From Podarcis tiliguerta (Eukaryota): DNA of 64,000 nt. Shown one piece after another: positions 62,598-64,000 of this stretch. Numbering within the stretch: position 1 is the first letter of the stretch; each line of letters begins with the position of its first letter. Location: NCBI GenBank assembly GCA_965153285.1, contig OZ229113.1. The stretch is one strand, 5' to 3'. The translations under genes were made by a program, and so were the position numbers. The notes below the pieces were generated by a model. The model made no database searches, had not been told where the DNA came from, and saw only the letters and a list, made by a program, of their open reading frames with translations.

Positions 62598-62722
62598 ATT
62601 TAGTTGAAGCCGCCTCATAATCTCTAAGCAGCATCTAATAAGGGTACAAAAGTGAAAATAAAGAGATAAATCAGTTAAAAATTAGCATAACATCAAAAAA
62701 GATTAAAATGCCTGATGGAATA

Positions 62723-62943
62723 CAGTGGTACCTCTAGTTACAAACTTAATTCATTACGGAGGTCCATTCTTAACCTGAAACTGTTCTTAACTAGAGGCAT
62801 CTTGCTGCCGCTGCGCCGCCGGCACACGATTTCTGTTCTCATCCTGGGGCAAAGTTCTCAACTCGAGGTAACTCTTCCAGGTTAGCAGAGTTTGTAACCT
62901 GAAGCATTGTAACCTGAGGCATTTGTAACTCGAGGTACCACTG
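62723..62943. mobile_element. Tc1/mariner (Tigger/pogo-like) MITE
   Basis: 22-bp TIR CAGTGGTACCTC(T/G)AGTTACAAA with 1 mismatch; TA TSD. Confidence 0.93.
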
Positions 62944-62945
62944 TA

Positions 62946-63040
62946 AAATGTTCTTGACCAGGCAATGGAAGTTTAACAGAGAGAAAGGCTGCCTGGTCTC
63001 ATCTGGAAGGAAATTCCACAGAGTTGGGCCCACAATACTG
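62946..63040 (-). mobile_element. L2 LINE 3' fragment (host of the Tigger-like MITE)
   Basis: Translation SIVGPTLWNFLPDETRQPFSLLNFHCLVKNIL. Confidence 0.7.
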
Positions 63041-64000
63041 TACAAAGAATTGCGGAGTTGTAAATGATCCTGAGGGTCATCTAGTCCAACCCCCTGAAAT
63101 TCAAGCGCTTGGTGGATATGAGCTATGCAACCCACAGTGATTTGCCTAGGGACATTTGTGATTGTGATCAAGCTATCTCTGCTCAAGAAGACCTATAGTA
63201 GGAATACCAGCCACAGCTGGTAAAAGCATAGCTGTCAACTTTTCCCTCCTCCTGCGAGGAATCCTATTCGGAATATGGGAATTTCCCTTTAAAAAGGGGA
63301 AACATTGACAAAGGCATTTCCAGCCATTGAGACTACCAGTCTCCAGTGAAAAAGATGGATTTTTGTCCTTCACGTCATGTAGCAAAATGTATCTGGACCA
63401 GTCCTGATGCCGATTATGACACATTAATATATATATAGTCACCCAAATTACAAATTTATTTCGCTGCTACTGTAATTAAGCAGGGAAGATCCATAGATAT
63501 AATCACTCTCATGGTTATGAAAATGGGCCACTTCTCTGAGAAATGCCCATAGGATGTGTTTCATAACGCTGGAAGAGGAAAACATATATCCTGCCAATGG
63601 ATCCTGCTCTCCTTCAGGTGAATGTGGTCTGTTTGCTAGTCACTGATCTCTCTCCCAGACTAAGGGATACTTCTGACTCCTTGGTTTAAAAATGTGTACA
63701 GAAAAAAATAAATATGAAAACAGAAATACATATTTTAATTTAAAAATTTCCCCATAAATAGACTGTCTCCATTTGAAATAGACATGTTAACCTGAATATT
63801 TGAGATAATGTTGCATCTCATCCATACGTGTGAACTGGGTTATGTTTCTTAAGATTAAGTTGCTATCAAATTGCAACATCCTGTTGTTACTCTTTGAAGC
63901 AATGCATCTGATAATTAACACTTGAGCTTTAGCACAGTTTTAGTGAAAAGAACATCTGCCCCAGACAAAACAGTTACTTGGAACAGACAGGTAATTGTGT

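Noticed and set aside
37-63442. Remaining short six-frame ORFs
   Set aside because: Many start at non-ATG codons, are Leu/Ser/Cys/Phe-rich as expected for translated non-coding DNA, and show no recognisable domains or exon chain.

Overview
Vertebrate nuclear DNA, almost certainly a squamate and most likely a lacertid lizard. This is inferred from the repeats: Bov-B LINE 3' ends, Sauria/Squam1 SINEs, POM/Squam3-type SINEs, squamate CR1, L2 and RTE fragments, and hAT, Tc1/mariner and Harbinger MITEs. The window looks intronic or intergenic. I cannot recognise any host protein-coding gene, rRNA, true tRNA or CRISPR array. The ORFs that resemble real proteins (16936-17127, 35313-35642, 48482-48916, 52550-52867) are retrotransposon remnants. 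Many elements can be delimited exactly from terminal repeats and target-site duplications (TSDs). Main points of interest: (i) a solo LTR whose 5' two-thirds is a decayed acidic, Trp-rich reading frame; (ii) two internally deleted bipartite RTE elements, one with a clean TSD; (iii) two well-formed minus-strand candidate exons (11582-11743, 39887-40055) that may belong to an unidentified large gene; (iv) a compact YY1/ARE/TATA-ORF-AATAAA unit at 26.6-27.3 kb; (v) an E-box cluster with a TATA box at 32.8-33.0 kb; (vi) an exact 24-bp duplication, a degenerate ~15-bp array, and compensatory stem changes in SINE and MITE hairpins. Family names come from recalled consensus sequences, not database searches. 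No novel multi-gene system is evident.
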